DNA of 64,000 bases from Candidatus Planktophila sp. (GCA_044341305.1 JBIIRY010000003.1:17046-81045), one strand, 5' to 3'; positions 20,663 through 30,524 are shown, counted from the first letter of the stretch. Made by a program: numbers and translations. The notes: a model not told the origin generated them from the letters alone.

Positions 20663-20757
20663 ACCTATATTCTCCCTTATCGGCACCAGTACTTTCGACC
20701 ACTAAAGTTGCCTCACGCGAGAAATTTTAATAAATACTTTTAGAAAGTGGGGCGAAA

Positions 20758-21246
20758 ATGCGTGATGAAGTAGACCGCCTCATCGCCGCGTGGAAGGCAC
20801 AGCGTCCAGATCTGGATTTGTCTCCACTTGGAGTCCTCAGTCGCATCACTCGAATCTCTCGTCACTTAGATATTGAAAGACGTAATGCGTTTGCCGATTT
20901 AGATACGTGGGGCTTCGATGTCTTGGCATCACTTCGTCGTGCGGGTGCGCCATATCAACTCTCACCAAGTCAATTAATGCAAGAAACACTTGTCACAAGT
21001 GGAACGATGACAAATCGACTTGATCGACTCGAAGAACTCGAATTAATTACGCGCAAGCAAGATCCCTCCGATGGACGTGGTTCTTTAGTAACTCTGACAA
21101 AAGCTGGAGTGCGCGCAGTAGACGCGGCAATGGAAGAACTCTTAGGACGTGAAAGAAATTTCTTGGCGCCTTTGACTAGTGAAGAAAAAAAGGAGCTTGC
21201 TCGATTGCTCAGCATTATTGCAGCGCAATTTGAAGATGAAATCTAA
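20758..21246 (+). CDS. MarR family transcriptional regulator
   Basis: 162 aa with the winged helix LSPSQLMQETLVTSGTMTNRLDRLEELELITRKQDPSDGR. Confidence 0.85.
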   Translation: MRDEVDRLIAAWKAQRPDLDLSPLGVLSRITRISRHLDIERRNAFADLDTWGFDVLASLRRAGAPYQLSPSQLMQETLVTSGTMTNRLDRLEELELITRKQDPSDGRGSLVTLTKAGVRAVDAAMEELLGRERNFLAPLTSEEKKELARLLSIIAAQFEDEI

Positions 21247-22163
21247 TGTGACTCTATAACTTTGGCGCCATGAACTGGGCCAAATGCGCGGGTAACACTT
21301 CCAACAACGCCAGAAGAACTTAGTGCAACAGCTAAATCCAATCCGTGTTCTTCATCAGAGACTAAGAATGCAACCGTTGGTCCTGATCCAGAAACAATTG
21401 CACCAAGTGCTCCGTACTCTTGGCCAACATCAAGGATTAGGCGAAGTGCTGGTCGAAGCGAACATGCGGCAGGTTGAAGATCATTAACTAGTAAATTACC
21501 AACTGCCTTCGGATCTGCAGCTAGGAGCGCTTGCATTAATACATCACTAATCTGCGGTTCGCTAATTTCTAAACCTTGTCGTAATCGATCACACTCGCCG
21601 TACACCGCTGGAGTTGAGAGCCCCACACTAGAAAGTGCTAAAACCCAGTGATAGGTACCGCGTGAAAGTGCAGCAGTGAGTTGGTCTCCTCTACCTTGTC
21701 CGATAGCGGTTCCACCACGTAACAAAAATGGAACGTCGCTACCGAGTTGCGATGCTATTTGATGCATCTCCTCACGAGTCATTTCAAGGTTGTACAACTC
21801 ATCAATTGCAACAATTGTTGCGGCGGCATCTGCACTTCCGCCGGCCATGCCACCTGCGACAGGAATTGATTTCTTTATCTCAATATTGACATCGATATCA
21901 ATTTCAAAAGTACTAGCGATGAGTTGAGCGGCTTCTACTACTAAATTGGAAGCATCTGTTGGTACACCATGGATTTGATCCCCAGAAACAGCTAAATTAA
22001 TTCCAGAGCCTTTTTCGGCAATTTTGACTGTAACGTCATCAAAAATTGAAATCGCTTGAAAAACTGTCACGAGTTGGTGATATCCATCAGATTCACGGGG
22101 GCCAACAGAGAGTTGCAAGTTAACTTTCGCTGGTACACGCACAGTCACAGATCTAATTGGCAC
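21243..22163 (-). CDS. ispE: 4-(cytidine 5'-diphospho)-2-C-methyl-D-erythritol kinase
   Basis: PAKVNLQL start and the GHMP kinase motif PVAGGMAGGSADAAA. Confidence 0.93.
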   Translation of the reverse strand: MPIRSVTVRVPAKVNLQLSVGPRESDGYHQLVTVFQAISIFDDVTVKIAEKGSGINLAVSGDQIHGVPTDASNLVVEAAQLIASTFEIDIDVNIEIKKSIPVAGGMAGGSADAAATIVAIDELYNLEMTREEMHQIASQLGSDVPFLLRGGTAIGQGRGDQLTAALSRGTYHWVLALSSVGLSTPAVYGECDRLRQGLEISEPQISDVLMQALLAADPKAVGNLLVNDLQPAACSLRPALRLILDVGQEYGALGAIVSGSGPTVAFLVSDEEHGLDLAVALSSSGVVGSVTRAFGPVHGAKVIESH

Positions 22164-22164
22164 G

Positions 22165-22998
22165 TTAAAACCCTATTCGTGCAATTGCGCAAAAATCATT
22201 AACTAAGAGAGATTCTCCCCTAAGTGTCGGATCGATTCCTGCTTCGATGAGTATTTTTTCAGCAGCGGCCGAGGAACCATAAATACTTGAAAGTGCCGAA
22301 CGCAACATTTTCCTGCGTTGGGCAAATGCTGCATCAATTAATGTAAAAACACTCTTTCGCAACGCTTCATTACCTAAGGGTTGATGGCGAGTAAATGAAA
22401 CAAGTTTTGAATCTACTCCCGGAACTGGCCAAAAAACTGAACGAGAAATCGAACCTGCGCCAGATACATCTGCCCACCATGCTGCTTTTACAGATGGAAT
22501 TCCATACTCTTTTGTACCTGGCTTTGCAGCTAAGCGATCCGCAACTTCTGCTTGCACCATGACAACTCCAGATTTAAGAGTTGGGAATACTTCCAAAAGA
22601 TGGAGCAATACAGGAACCGAAACGTTATATGGCAAATTTGCGACCAAAACCGTTGGTTGTTCACTCAATGACTTTAAGTGAAGAGCATCTTGATGGAGGA
22701 CAGTAAAAGTTGCAGAACTTTCATTGTGTGCAGCAACTGTTTGCGGCAATCTCATCGCTAACCGCTCATCAATTTCGACGGCGATAACTGATTTAGCTTC
22801 TTCCAAGAGCGCGAGGGTGAGCGAACCTAATCCAGGGCCAATTTCGAGTGCGATGTCTGAACTTGTTACGCCAGCCGTTCTTACAATTTTTCGGCACACA
22901 TTGGCATCAATGACAAAGTTTTGGCCAAGTGATTTTGCTGGCTTTATCCCTAACTCTTCTGCTAACTCGCGTATCTCGGCTGCACCAAGCAAGGTCAT
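22165..22998 (-). CDS. rsmA: 16S rRNA (adenine1518/1519-N6)-dimethyltransferase
   Basis: LGQNFVID, EIGPGLGSLT and NLPYNVS. Confidence 0.95.
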   Translation of the reverse strand: MTLLGAAEIRELAEELGIKPAKSLGQNFVIDANVCRKIVRTAGVTSSDIALEIGPGLGSLTLALLEEAKSVIAVEIDERLAMRLPQTVAAHNESSATFTVLHQDALHLKSLSEQPTVLVANLPYNVSVPVLLHLLEVFPTLKSGVVMVQAEVADRLAAKPGTKEYGIPSVKAAWWADVSGAGSISRSVFWPVPGVDSKLVSFTRHQPLGNEALRKSVFTLIDAAFAQRRKMLRSALSSIYGSSAAAEKILIEAGIDPTLRGESLLVNDFCAIARIGF

Positions 22999-23852
22999 AC
23001 GAATGAACCAAAGATGCGTTCGGCGTTTTTGCTCAGAGCCGTTGCTAATTCCGCATCACTCACATTTCTTTCATCAGCCATTGCGCGGACAATGTTTGCA
23101 ATTTGTGCCGGAGTATTGAGCGCACCCCGATGCGGCATTGGAGCCAAAAATGGTGCATCGGTTTCTACCAACAGCTGGTCAATCGGAACGATTTTTACAG
23201 CTTCGCGTAACTGGGGTGCATTCTTAAATGTAAGTGTTCCCGCAAAAGAGAGAATATATCCGCGGTCTACGCAAATCTTTGCCATCTCTAAGTCACCTGA
23301 ATAGCAGTGGAAAATGGTTTTTTCTGGTGCGCCTACTTCGAGCAAAACAGATAAAACATCATCATGCGACTCTCGATCATGAATCACTAGCGCCTTGTTA
23401 TGTTTTTTTGCTAATTCAATATGCCACTTGAAAGATTCTTGTTGTCTTTTTCGTAACTCTGGTGGAGTACGGAAATAATCTAAACCTGTTTCACCGATTG
23501 CACGCACACGAGGATGTTCTGCAAGTTTTGCAATGATTGACCAATCGTGTTCGAGGTCCTCGACAACTGGCGCTTCATTGGGGTGCAATGCAACGGCTGC
23601 AAGCACTCTTCCCTTCCAGTGATCAGCTGCATCTACGCACCATTGAGATTGCTCTGCTGAATAGCCAACTTGCACAACACGATCAATTCCAGCTGCACGT
23701 GCATCATCTAAAACTTTGCCGACTTCTGCTGAGTCAGGTGCTGCATTTGTAACAATCTCTAAGTGCGCATGTGAATCAACAGTTGTAACCGGTAGTGGTT
23801 CGGGTCGTGGTGCGGGAATGCGATCCAGGTCGCGATTATGACGATCGGCCAT
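22995..23852 (-). CDS. TatD family metal-dependent hydrolase
   Basis: DSHAHL, GETGLDY, HDRESHDD and ETDAPFL. Confidence 0.9.
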   Translation of the reverse strand: MADRHNRDLDRIPAPRPEPLPVTTVDSHAHLEIVTNAAPDSAEVGKVLDDARAAGIDRVVQVGYSAEQSQWCVDAADHWKGRVLAAVALHPNEAPVVEDLEHDWSIIAKLAEHPRVRAIGETGLDYFRTPPELRKRQQESFKWHIELAKKHNKALVIHDRESHDDVLSVLLEVGAPEKTIFHCYSGDLEMAKICVDRGYILSFAGTLTFKNAPQLREAVKIVPIDQLLVETDAPFLAPMPHRGALNTPAQIANIVRAMADERNVSDAELATALSKNAERIFGSFV

Positions 23853-23857
23853 AGGAG

Positions 23858-25435
23858 TTACTCAGCAGATTCAAGACGTGGAAACAGCACAGGAGTTTTG
23901 GTCACACGTGCACCAGCTGGTAATTGACCCCATGTGGCAACATCAGAAATCTTTTGTGAACTCAGTGTTCCAAGTTCATCTTGCGCACCTAAGCTCTGCC
24001 ACAAAATTTCGCAAGTTGTTGGCATTACAGAGTTGAGTAAAACGGCTAGTGCACGCAATGATTCTGCAGTGTTGTAGAGAACTTCCTCAAGAACAGCTTT
24101 ATTCGCAGGATCTTTAGCAAGAATCCATGGCTCTTTTTCTGTGACATAACCATTGACGCGTTTACAGAAATCCATAACTGCATTGATGCCACCTTGGAAA
24201 TCAAGTGCACACATGGCCTCATCTGCTTTGGAAACAGCGTTCGATAGTGCCTCTTCGAGCGTTTTGTCATGTGCTACTTGTGGAAGTTTTCCATCGCAGT
24301 ATTTTTCAATCATCGCAGCTAGACGTGAAGCAAGGTTTCCAAAATCATTTGCTAACTCACTGGTGTATCGCGCACTCATGTCTTCCCATGAGAACGAACC
24401 ATCAGAACCAAAAGGAATTGCGCGCAAGAAGTAATATCTAAAAGCATCCACGCCAAAGTGATCTGTAATGTCACTTGGCGCAATTCCAGTGAGCTTGCTC
24501 TTGCTCATCTTTTCGCCACCTACTAGTAGCCAACCATGGGCAAAAACTTTCTTTGGAACTGCAAGGCCTGCCGCCATCAACATCGCTGGCCAGATGACTG
24601 CGTGAAAACGCAAAATATCTTTTCCAACAAGATGTACATCTGCAGGCCATGTTTGTGCAAATTTCTTGCCACCTTCAGAATCAGGCGCATCTGTAAGACC
24701 AACCGCGGTTGCATAATTTAGAAGTGCATCGAACCAGACATAAACAACTTGCTTGGTATCCCATGGAACTGGGATTCCCCAGTCAAATGTCGAACGGGAA
24801 ATTGAGAGATCAGATACTCCGCCTTCGAGGAATGAAAGTACTTCATTGCGCGCGCTCTCAGGTTGGCATGCATCCGGGTTCTTTTTGTAGTGCTCAATCA
24901 ATGGAGCTGCGAAATCAGAGAGTTTGAAAAACCAATTTTCCTCATTTACTAACTCAATTGGTTTGCTATGAATTGGGCAGAGTTTTTCACCATTTGATTC
25001 GATTAAATCTCCAGGTAATTTAAACTCCTCGCAGCCCACGCAATATGGACCTTCATATTTGCCCGAATAAATATGTCCAGAATCTTTCAAGCTTTGTAGA
25101 AACTTCTGCACACGTTCTGTGTGGCGCTTTTCTGTTGTACGAATAAAGTCATCATTTGCGATATTGAGTGCTTCCCAATTCGGCTTCCACGCTTCTGCGA
25201 CTAAACGATCTACCCACGCTTGCGGAGCAGAGTTGTTTTGTTCTGCAGTGCGCATGACTTTTTGGCCGTGCTCATCTGTTCCTGTTAAAAACCAGACAGA
25301 TTCGCCACGTTGACGATGCCAACGCGTAAGCACATCACCAGCAACAGTTGTGTACGCATGACCAATATGCGGTGCATCATTTACGTAGTAAATAGGCGTA
25401 GTGAGATAGAAGGATTTATCGCTCACGTTGCTCAT
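23858..25435 (-). CDS. metG: methionine--tRNA ligase
   Basis: YYVNDAPHIGHAYT (HIGH motif) and KMSKS. Confidence 0.96.
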   Translation of the reverse strand: MSNVSDKSFYLTTPIYYVNDAPHIGHAYTTVAGDVLTRWHRQRGESVWFLTGTDEHGQKVMRTAEQNNSAPQAWVDRLVAEAWKPNWEALNIANDDFIRTTEKRHTERVQKFLQSLKDSGHIYSGKYEGPYCVGCEEFKLPGDLIESNGEKLCPIHSKPIELVNEENWFFKLSDFAAPLIEHYKKNPDACQPESARNEVLSFLEGGVSDLSISRSTFDWGIPVPWDTKQVVYVWFDALLNYATAVGLTDAPDSEGGKKFAQTWPADVHLVGKDILRFHAVIWPAMLMAAGLAVPKKVFAHGWLLVGGEKMSKSKLTGIAPSDITDHFGVDAFRYYFLRAIPFGSDGSFSWEDMSARYTSELANDFGNLASRLAAMIEKYCDGKLPQVAHDKTLEEALSNAVSKADEAMCALDFQGGINAVMDFCKRVNGYVTEKEPWILAKDPANKAVLEEVLYNTAESLRALAVLLNSVMPTTCEILWQSLGAQDELGTLSSQKISDVATWGQLPAGARVTKTPVLFPRLESAE

Positions 25436-26274
25436 TTGCCTATCTTATTAGCATCTACAACAGCGGCATAAACCGAACGCTTAGGGAGTGAAAATTCTTC
25501 GGCCACGGCTGCAATTGCACCCTTGCGATCCATGCCAGCTGATTCAAACTCTTGAACACGCGCAACCATTGAATCTGTTGTTACTGATTTAGCATCTAGT
25601 TCTGCTCCACCGATAACTAATGTGATTTCGCCAAGAACTTCGTTCTTCTGGCTCCACTCCAATAGTTCGGATAAGTCACCACGAATTGTCTGCTCGTAAT
25701 GTTTAGTCATTTCGCGACAGATTGCTGCTGTTCTATCTGAACCAAAAGATGCAATCGCATCAGTAAGGGATTCTTCAAGACGGTGAGGGGCTTCGAAAAA
25801 AACCAGTGTTCGTTCATCAAATCTGAGAGATTCATAAAACTTTTTGCGTGCGCCAGATGTGCGGGGAGGAAAACCATCAAAGGCAAAACGATCAGTTGGC
25901 AGCCCTGATAAAGCCACAGCCATTGTTACAGCAGAAGGTCCTGGCAATACTTGAACCGCTATATTTTCAAGAGATGCATCACGTGCTAATCGAAAACCAG
26001 GATCACTGATTGTTGGCATTCCTGCATCACTGACGACCAGTACATTTTTGCCAGCCCTCAGTAATTCAAGTATTTCTTGTGTGCGCTCTTCTTCGTTGCC
26101 ATCAAAAAAAGAAATTATCTTGCCAACGAAAGTGACACCGAGATCTGAAGCTAATCTATGAAAGCGACGGGAATCTTCTGCCGCAATTACATCAGCTGTG
26201 GCAATTGCATCCATTAAGCGTGCCGAAGCATCCTTGGGATTTCCAAGTGGAGTTGCTGCCAAGATAAGAGCCAT
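25432..26274 (-). CDS. rsmI: 16S rRNA (cytidine1402-2'-O)-methyltransferase
   Basis: LVVSDAGMPTISDPG and the tetrapyrrole-methylase-fold pattern. It overlaps metG by 4 nt. Confidence 0.93.
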   Translation of the reverse strand: MALILAATPLGNPKDASARLMDAIATADVIAAEDSRRFHRLASDLGVTFVGKIISFFDGNEEERTQEILELLRAGKNVLVVSDAGMPTISDPGFRLARDASLENIAVQVLPGPSAVTMAVALSGLPTDRFAFDGFPPRTSGARKKFYESLRFDERTLVFFEAPHRLEESLTDAIASFGSDRTAAICREMTKHYEQTIRGDLSELLEWSQKNEVLGEITLVIGGAELDAKSVTTDSMVARVQEFESAGMDRKGAIAAVAEEFSLPKRSVYAAVVDANKIGK

Positions 26275-26316
26275 GGCGTAATCATCTCAGTAATTCTGCT
26301 CAGATACGCTATCTCT

Positions 26317-27591
26317 GTGATCGCAAGTGCTGCACCAATACTTATCGCAATTGGAGCATTTTTCCTGCGTGTGATTAATCTGGGAACTCCTAAAGGATTT
26401 GTATTTGATGAGGTTTATTACGTTGACGGCGCACGAGATTTTTTAAGGTACGGGGTCGAGGTTGCAGGTTCAAAGCCAGAGTTCGTTGTGCATCCACCTA
26501 TTGGAAAATGGTGCATAGCACTCGGTATAAAAATATTCGGAGACAGTGAATTTGGTTGGCGAATTGCTGCTGCAATAGCAGGAACACTAATCATCCTGAT
26601 TGCAGCTCGTCTGGCTCATGAACTCTTTTATTCACCCTTTTTAACTGCTATTACAGCAGCGCTCATGGCCTTTGATGGCTTATTGCTTGTTCATTCTCGA
26701 ACTGCATTATTAGATTTATTTCTTACACTTTTTATTCTAACTGCAGCTTATTTTTGGTTTAGGCAGCAGTATTGGTATTCAGGTATTTTCTTTGGTTTAG
26801 CACTTGCAACAAAGTGGAGTGCGCTTTATTTCATTGCTCTCTTTGCTTTGGTAACACTTTTCAGATTATTAAAGGTAACTGCTTTCAAAGAGTCACTTCG
26901 TGAGGTAGGAATTCGAATTCTTCAATTTGCATTTTTACCACTAGGAATTTATCTAACTTCTTGGGCTGGATGGCTGTTTAGTGATCGTGGGTGGAATCGT
27001 GACTATGCATCAAATCCCTTGGCCTCGCTTTTCTATTATCACAAGCAAATGTTGGACTTTCATACATCCTTAGTTGAAAAACATTCCTATCAAGCCAATC
27101 CATGGGGATGGTTGATTATGAAAAGACCAACATCTTTCTTCTATGAATCTCCGAAGGGTTGTGGCAGTACAAGTTGTTCGCAAGAGGTTTTGGCGCTGGG
27201 AACTCCGGTTTTATGGTGGAGTGCAACGATTGCATTGGTATTTCTTATTGGATTGTGGGTTTGGCAGTTTTATCAACGAAGCATCGATAAGAAGTTAACT
27301 TTTATTCTGCTCGGAGTGATTGCAGGATATCTGCCCTGGTTTTTCTTCCAGAAGCGCACGACCTTTAGTTTTTATGCCATTGTTTTCGAACCATTTTTGG
27401 TTTTAGCGATTGTTTATTGTGCGAAACTATTCATTGATAAGAGTAAGAATCCAGCGAATGCTCAAGTAATTATCCTTGGTTTTGTGGCGGTGGTTTTCCT
27501 GAATTTTGTCTTCTTTTTGCCGATTTATTTAGGCGAGGTAATCACATATGCCCAATGGCAAATGCGAATGTGGTTTGTCTCTTGGATTTAG
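26317..27591 (+). CDS. pmt: dolichyl/polyprenyl-phosphate-mannose--protein mannosyltransferase (PMT family)
   Basis: Polytopic membrane protein with the loop-1 motif FDEVYYVDGARDF. It is divergent from rsmI, as I recall for mycobacteria. Confidence 0.8.
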   Translation: MIASAAPILIAIGAFFLRVINLGTPKGFVFDEVYYVDGARDFLRYGVEVAGSKPEFVVHPPIGKWCIALGIKIFGDSEFGWRIAAAIAGTLIILIAARLAHELFYSPFLTAITAALMAFDGLLLVHSRTALLDLFLTLFILTAAYFWFRQQYWYSGIFFGLALATKWSALYFIALFALVTLFRLLKVTAFKESLREVGIRILQFAFLPLGIYLTSWAGWLFSDRGWNRDYASNPLASLFYYHKQMLDFHTSLVEKHSYQANPWGWLIMKRPTSFFYESPKGCGSTSCSQEVLALGTPVLWWSATIALVFLIGLWVWQFYQRSIDKKLTFILLGVIAGYLPWFFFQKRTTFSFYAIVFEPFLVLAIVYCAKLFIDKSKNPANAQVIILGFVAVVFLNFVFFLPIYLGEVITYAQWQMRMWFVSWI

Positions 27592-27592
27592 A

Positions 27593-28369
27593 TTATTCGT
27601 TTGAAGCGCGTGATCGATTGAGTTTCTCAACTGCTTCATCAGCTAAGTCTTGATCGAATACCTGATCGCGTGAAGGCGTAGCCGCTGCTAGTGCTTCACG
27701 TGCTAAGCGTTCTTGTTCTTCGCTCCATTGGCCCGGAATTGTAAGATCAATTGTTCTACGAGGCATAACAGCTTTAGGTGCATTTACATACGTTGGCACT
27801 GGAACGTCATTTGGTTGCCAGGCGCCACGATTTTCTGCACTGCCTTTTGGCAAAATAACTACGCCAGATAACTCGCGTTCTGAAAGCGGAATCCAATGTT
27901 CTTTCTGCGCTGTGTGCTGAACTACGTCAGAGAGATTTGTACTAGATGTACCAGATTGACTCTTTTGTAAGTTTTTGATTCTTCGCTTGTATAACTTCTC
28001 ACTAATTGTTTGTCGTCTTACGTGTGCTACATAAATAATTATTCCTGTGAGTGGAATAAGTGCGAATGTAATTTCCATAGTATTCATTAGACCACCAACA
28101 ATTGTTGTAAGGAGTGAAATTATTAGGATTAAAAAAACTATTCTTCTCTGCATTAATCGTTGCGCAACTTTGGCTTCATGATCCAGGTCTGTGTGTATGA
28201 CTCCAGATCCAGAACTTCCACCTGGTGAACTATTTGCGACAACACGGAGTGCGCTTTTATAGCGTTCAATAGATTTACCAGAAAATTCATTTCTATCGTG
28301 AACCCATCGTGGCAAGAAATAGGCAACCCACATTCCGATGATTGCCAGATAGATGAGACCCGAAGCCAT
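27593..28369 (-). CDS. membrane protein, GlpR/SepX-like (putative divisome receptor)
   Basis: 258 aa. The N-terminal TM GLIYLAIIGMWVAYFLPRW is followed by two further TM segments and a cytoplasmic tail. It is positioned after the moeA-like and rimJ-like genes, as in the actinobacterial glp-glpR locus. The assignment rests on synteny and the N-terminal motif from memory. Confidence 0.45.
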   Translation of the reverse strand: MASGLIYLAIIGMWVAYFLPRWVHDRNEFSGKSIERYKSALRVVANSSPGGSSGSGVIHTDLDHEAKVAQRLMQRRIVFLILIISLLTTIVGGLMNTMEITFALIPLTGIIIYVAHVRRQTISEKLYKRRIKNLQKSQSGTSSTNLSDVVQHTAQKEHWIPLSERELSGVVILPKGSAENRGAWQPNDVPVPTYVNAPKAVMPRRTIDLTIPGQWSEEQERLAREALAAATPSRDQVFDQDLADEAVEKLNRSRASNE

Positions 28370-28440
28370 GATGTATAAAGATAGGGGGAGTTTTACCGCT
28401 CATCGGGTATTTCAGCGCGGATGTTGCACTGCTTTTTTAC

Positions 28441-29025
28441 TTACTTAATTAATGGGTTTTCTTTTACGAATGAAATATGGTCTCGCCAATCTCCATCGAT
28501 ATGTAAATACCTCGAACGTTCGCCTTCAAATACATATCCAGCTTTTTCGGCTACTCGACGTGATGCCGCATTTTCAGGACGCAGATTTATTTCAATGCGG
28601 TGTAGCGCCAGGACTGAAAAGCCGTATTCGGTCAATAAGTTGACGGCTTGTGTTGTGTACCCGCGTCCTGCATATGAACGATCAATCCAATATCCAATGT
28701 GTGCCCCACGTAATGCGCCAAGAATAATTCCACCCATAGAAATTTGCCCGATTAAATTCTTTCCACTCCATATTGCAAATGAAATCGACCGAACATCACG
28801 TGATTCACGATTAAGGGTTCGGACTAATCGAAAAAACGACGGCAACTCCTTGCGTAATGACTCTGCATCACTTCCCGGAATAAAGGGAAGGGTTGCTTCC
28901 CATGGTGCAAGCCATTCACGGTTTTCGGCCCGAACACGGAGCCATTTTTTTCTGTCCCGTAAACGAAGAGGCATTAAATAAATCTCTGAACCGCTCAGTG
29001 TGATCGGCCAGGAATGTTCACGCAT
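28441..29025 (-). CDS. GNAT family N-acetyltransferase (RimJ/RimL-like)
   Basis: IGYWIDRSYAGRGYTTQAVNLL...LHRIEINLRPENAASRRVAEKAGY. Confidence 0.85.
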   Translation of the reverse strand: MREHSWPITLSGSEIYLMPLRLRDRKKWLRVRAENREWLAPWEATLPFIPGSDAESLRKELPSFFRLVRTLNRESRDVRSISFAIWSGKNLIGQISMGGIILGALRGAHIGYWIDRSYAGRGYTTQAVNLLTEYGFSVLALHRIEINLRPENAASRRVAEKAGYVFEGERSRYLHIDGDWRDHISFVKENPLIK

Positions 29026-29943
29026 TTAAATATATCGCCGTTCAAGAACTACGACATTGACAGATGCGCCTGCTTCAATTTTTTCATCTTTCTCACTTAT
29101 TGCGATAAATGAGTTTGCATCTGAGAGTGTTGAGATTTCATCCTGAATTTCAAGTGCACGAACAGAGCTGGCATCTTCAGAAAGAATTGCCCGAACGTAT
29201 GAGCGTGCACCAGCAGTGGATGTAATTGCTTTCTCCAGTTTTGCTTTCACTGATGGGCGATGAATTGTGGATACGCCCAACATAGTTCGAATCATTGGTC
29301 GCACAAAAAGTTCAAATGAAATATAGGCATTAATAGGATCTCCAGGCAGTGTGACTACAGGAGTTTTATCAGGACCAATCTGACCAAAATTATGGCGTCC
29401 ACTATTTTCAATTGCCAGATCAAGAGTTGTTATCTCGCCCATCTTTGCAAGTGTTCTAGTAATCAGATCAAATGAATCATCGTTGCGTTCTCCGCTAATT
29501 ACTATGAGATCTGCTCGTACTAATTGATCTTCAATAACGCCCAGTAGTTCTTCTTCATCATCTGGGATTGAGTGCACTCGGTATCCAATTGCTCCAACTT
29601 CACGCACAGCAGTGGTGAGTAACCAAGAGTTAGTTTCAAATTCTTCATCGGCCTTAAGTGATTGACCAGGTTCGACTAGATCAGGACCCGCAGACAAAAT
29701 TACAACTCGCGGATGTGGGCGGGTTGGAAGATGATCTAGACCAATTGATGCTGCTAAACCAATCTGTGTAGAACGGATGCGACTGTTTGCACGTAAAACT
29801 AATCTCTCGCCCGCGTAAATATCTTCCGCCAGAGTTGCACCATGTGCATCTAATAAAGGCAGATCTAGTGGTTCGAGTGGGTGGCAAATACCGAGTAATG
29901 AACTGAGAAACTCATCTACCCGCATCGGCTCTGCCATAATCAC
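29026..29943 (-). CDS. truncated, motif-degenerate MoeA-like (gephyrin-like, Glp-type) protein
   Basis: 305 aa. The N-terminal helix, the MoCF-like domain (PRVVILSAGPDLVEPGQ...TLPGDPINA) and the C-terminal beta-barrel are recognisable. The roughly 100-aa domain II and the GGVS and KPGKP motifs are missing. Confidence 0.7.
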   Translation of the reverse strand: MIMAEPMRVDEFLSSLLGICHPLEPLDLPLLDAHGATLAEDIYAGERLVLRANSRIRSTQIGLAASIGLDHLPTRPHPRVVILSAGPDLVEPGQSLKADEEFETNSWLLTTAVREVGAIGYRVHSIPDDEEELLGVIEDQLVRADLIVISGERNDDSFDLITRTLAKMGEITTLDLAIENSGRHNFGQIGPDKTPVVTLPGDPINAYISFELFVRPMIRTMLGVSTIHRPSVKAKLEKAITSTAGARSYVRAILSEDASSVRALEIQDEISTLSDANSFIAISEKDEKIEAGASVNVVVLERRYI

Positions 29944-29981
29944 ACCATACTTGTTGTGACTACATATCTAGGGGATTTGCG

Positions 29982-30524
29982 ATGATAGACAAAGCACACA
30001 TGCGTGAACGGTATCGCCGTGAAAGGCGTGAGGCCTTTGTCCCTGCAGTTTATTCAAATGTTCTTGCAACTCCCGAAGTAATGCAGGCCACGATTGTTGC
30101 CAGCTATGTCTCGTATGCTCACGAACCAAGCACCGTCGAACTCAATCGTGCACTAATTAAATCTGGAAAAACTCTCTTGTTGCCACGTGTAAACAAAGAT
30201 CACATCGATTGGATCTATTGGGATGGTGACCAGAGCAAGTTGATCGAGAAGAAAAAAATTCTAGAACCTGTGGGAGAAGTAGTTTCAACGTTGCCAGCAA
30301 TAGATGTTGTAATCGTGCCAGCACTTCGAATTGATCGAGATGGTTATCGACTCGGCCAAGGTGGTGGATATTACGATCGTGCGCTTCCGATGATGTCTGG
30401 ATGGAAAATCGCGCTAGTTCATTCGGGTGAAGTAACGAGTGAAGTATTGCCCCGAGAACCCCATGACATTGCAGTCGATGCTGCTGCTACACCTGATTTG
30501 ATTGTGCGATTTAAGAGAAATTAA
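29982..30524 (+). CDS. 5-formyltetrahydrofolate cyclo-ligase
   Basis: LLLPRV...VVIVPALRIDRDGYRLGQGGGYYDR. Confidence 0.88.
   Translation: MIDKAHMRERYRRERREAFVPAVYSNVLATPEVMQATIVASYVSYAHEPSTVELNRALIKSGKTLLLPRVNKDHIDWIYWDGDQSKLIEKKKILEPVGEVVSTLPAIDVVIVPALRIDRDGYRLGQGGGYYDRALPMMSGWKIALVHSGEVTSEVLPREPHDIAVDAAATPDLIVRFKRN

Noticed and set aside
28413-28438. Terminator-like hairpin CAGCGC-GGATGTT-GCACTG followed by T6 on the plus strand
   Set aside because: It is oriented for plus-strand transcription, but both flanking genes are on the minus strand. The stem is only 6 bp with a G.T pair. It probably forms part of the promoter or UTR of the 27593..28369 gene. I do not call it a feature.
28421-28981. 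186-aa plus-strand ORF
   Set aside because: It is entirely antisense to the GNAT acetyltransferase gene (28441..29025), which has clear family motifs. The antisense translation is Arg/Ser-rich low complexity with no recognisable domain or SD.
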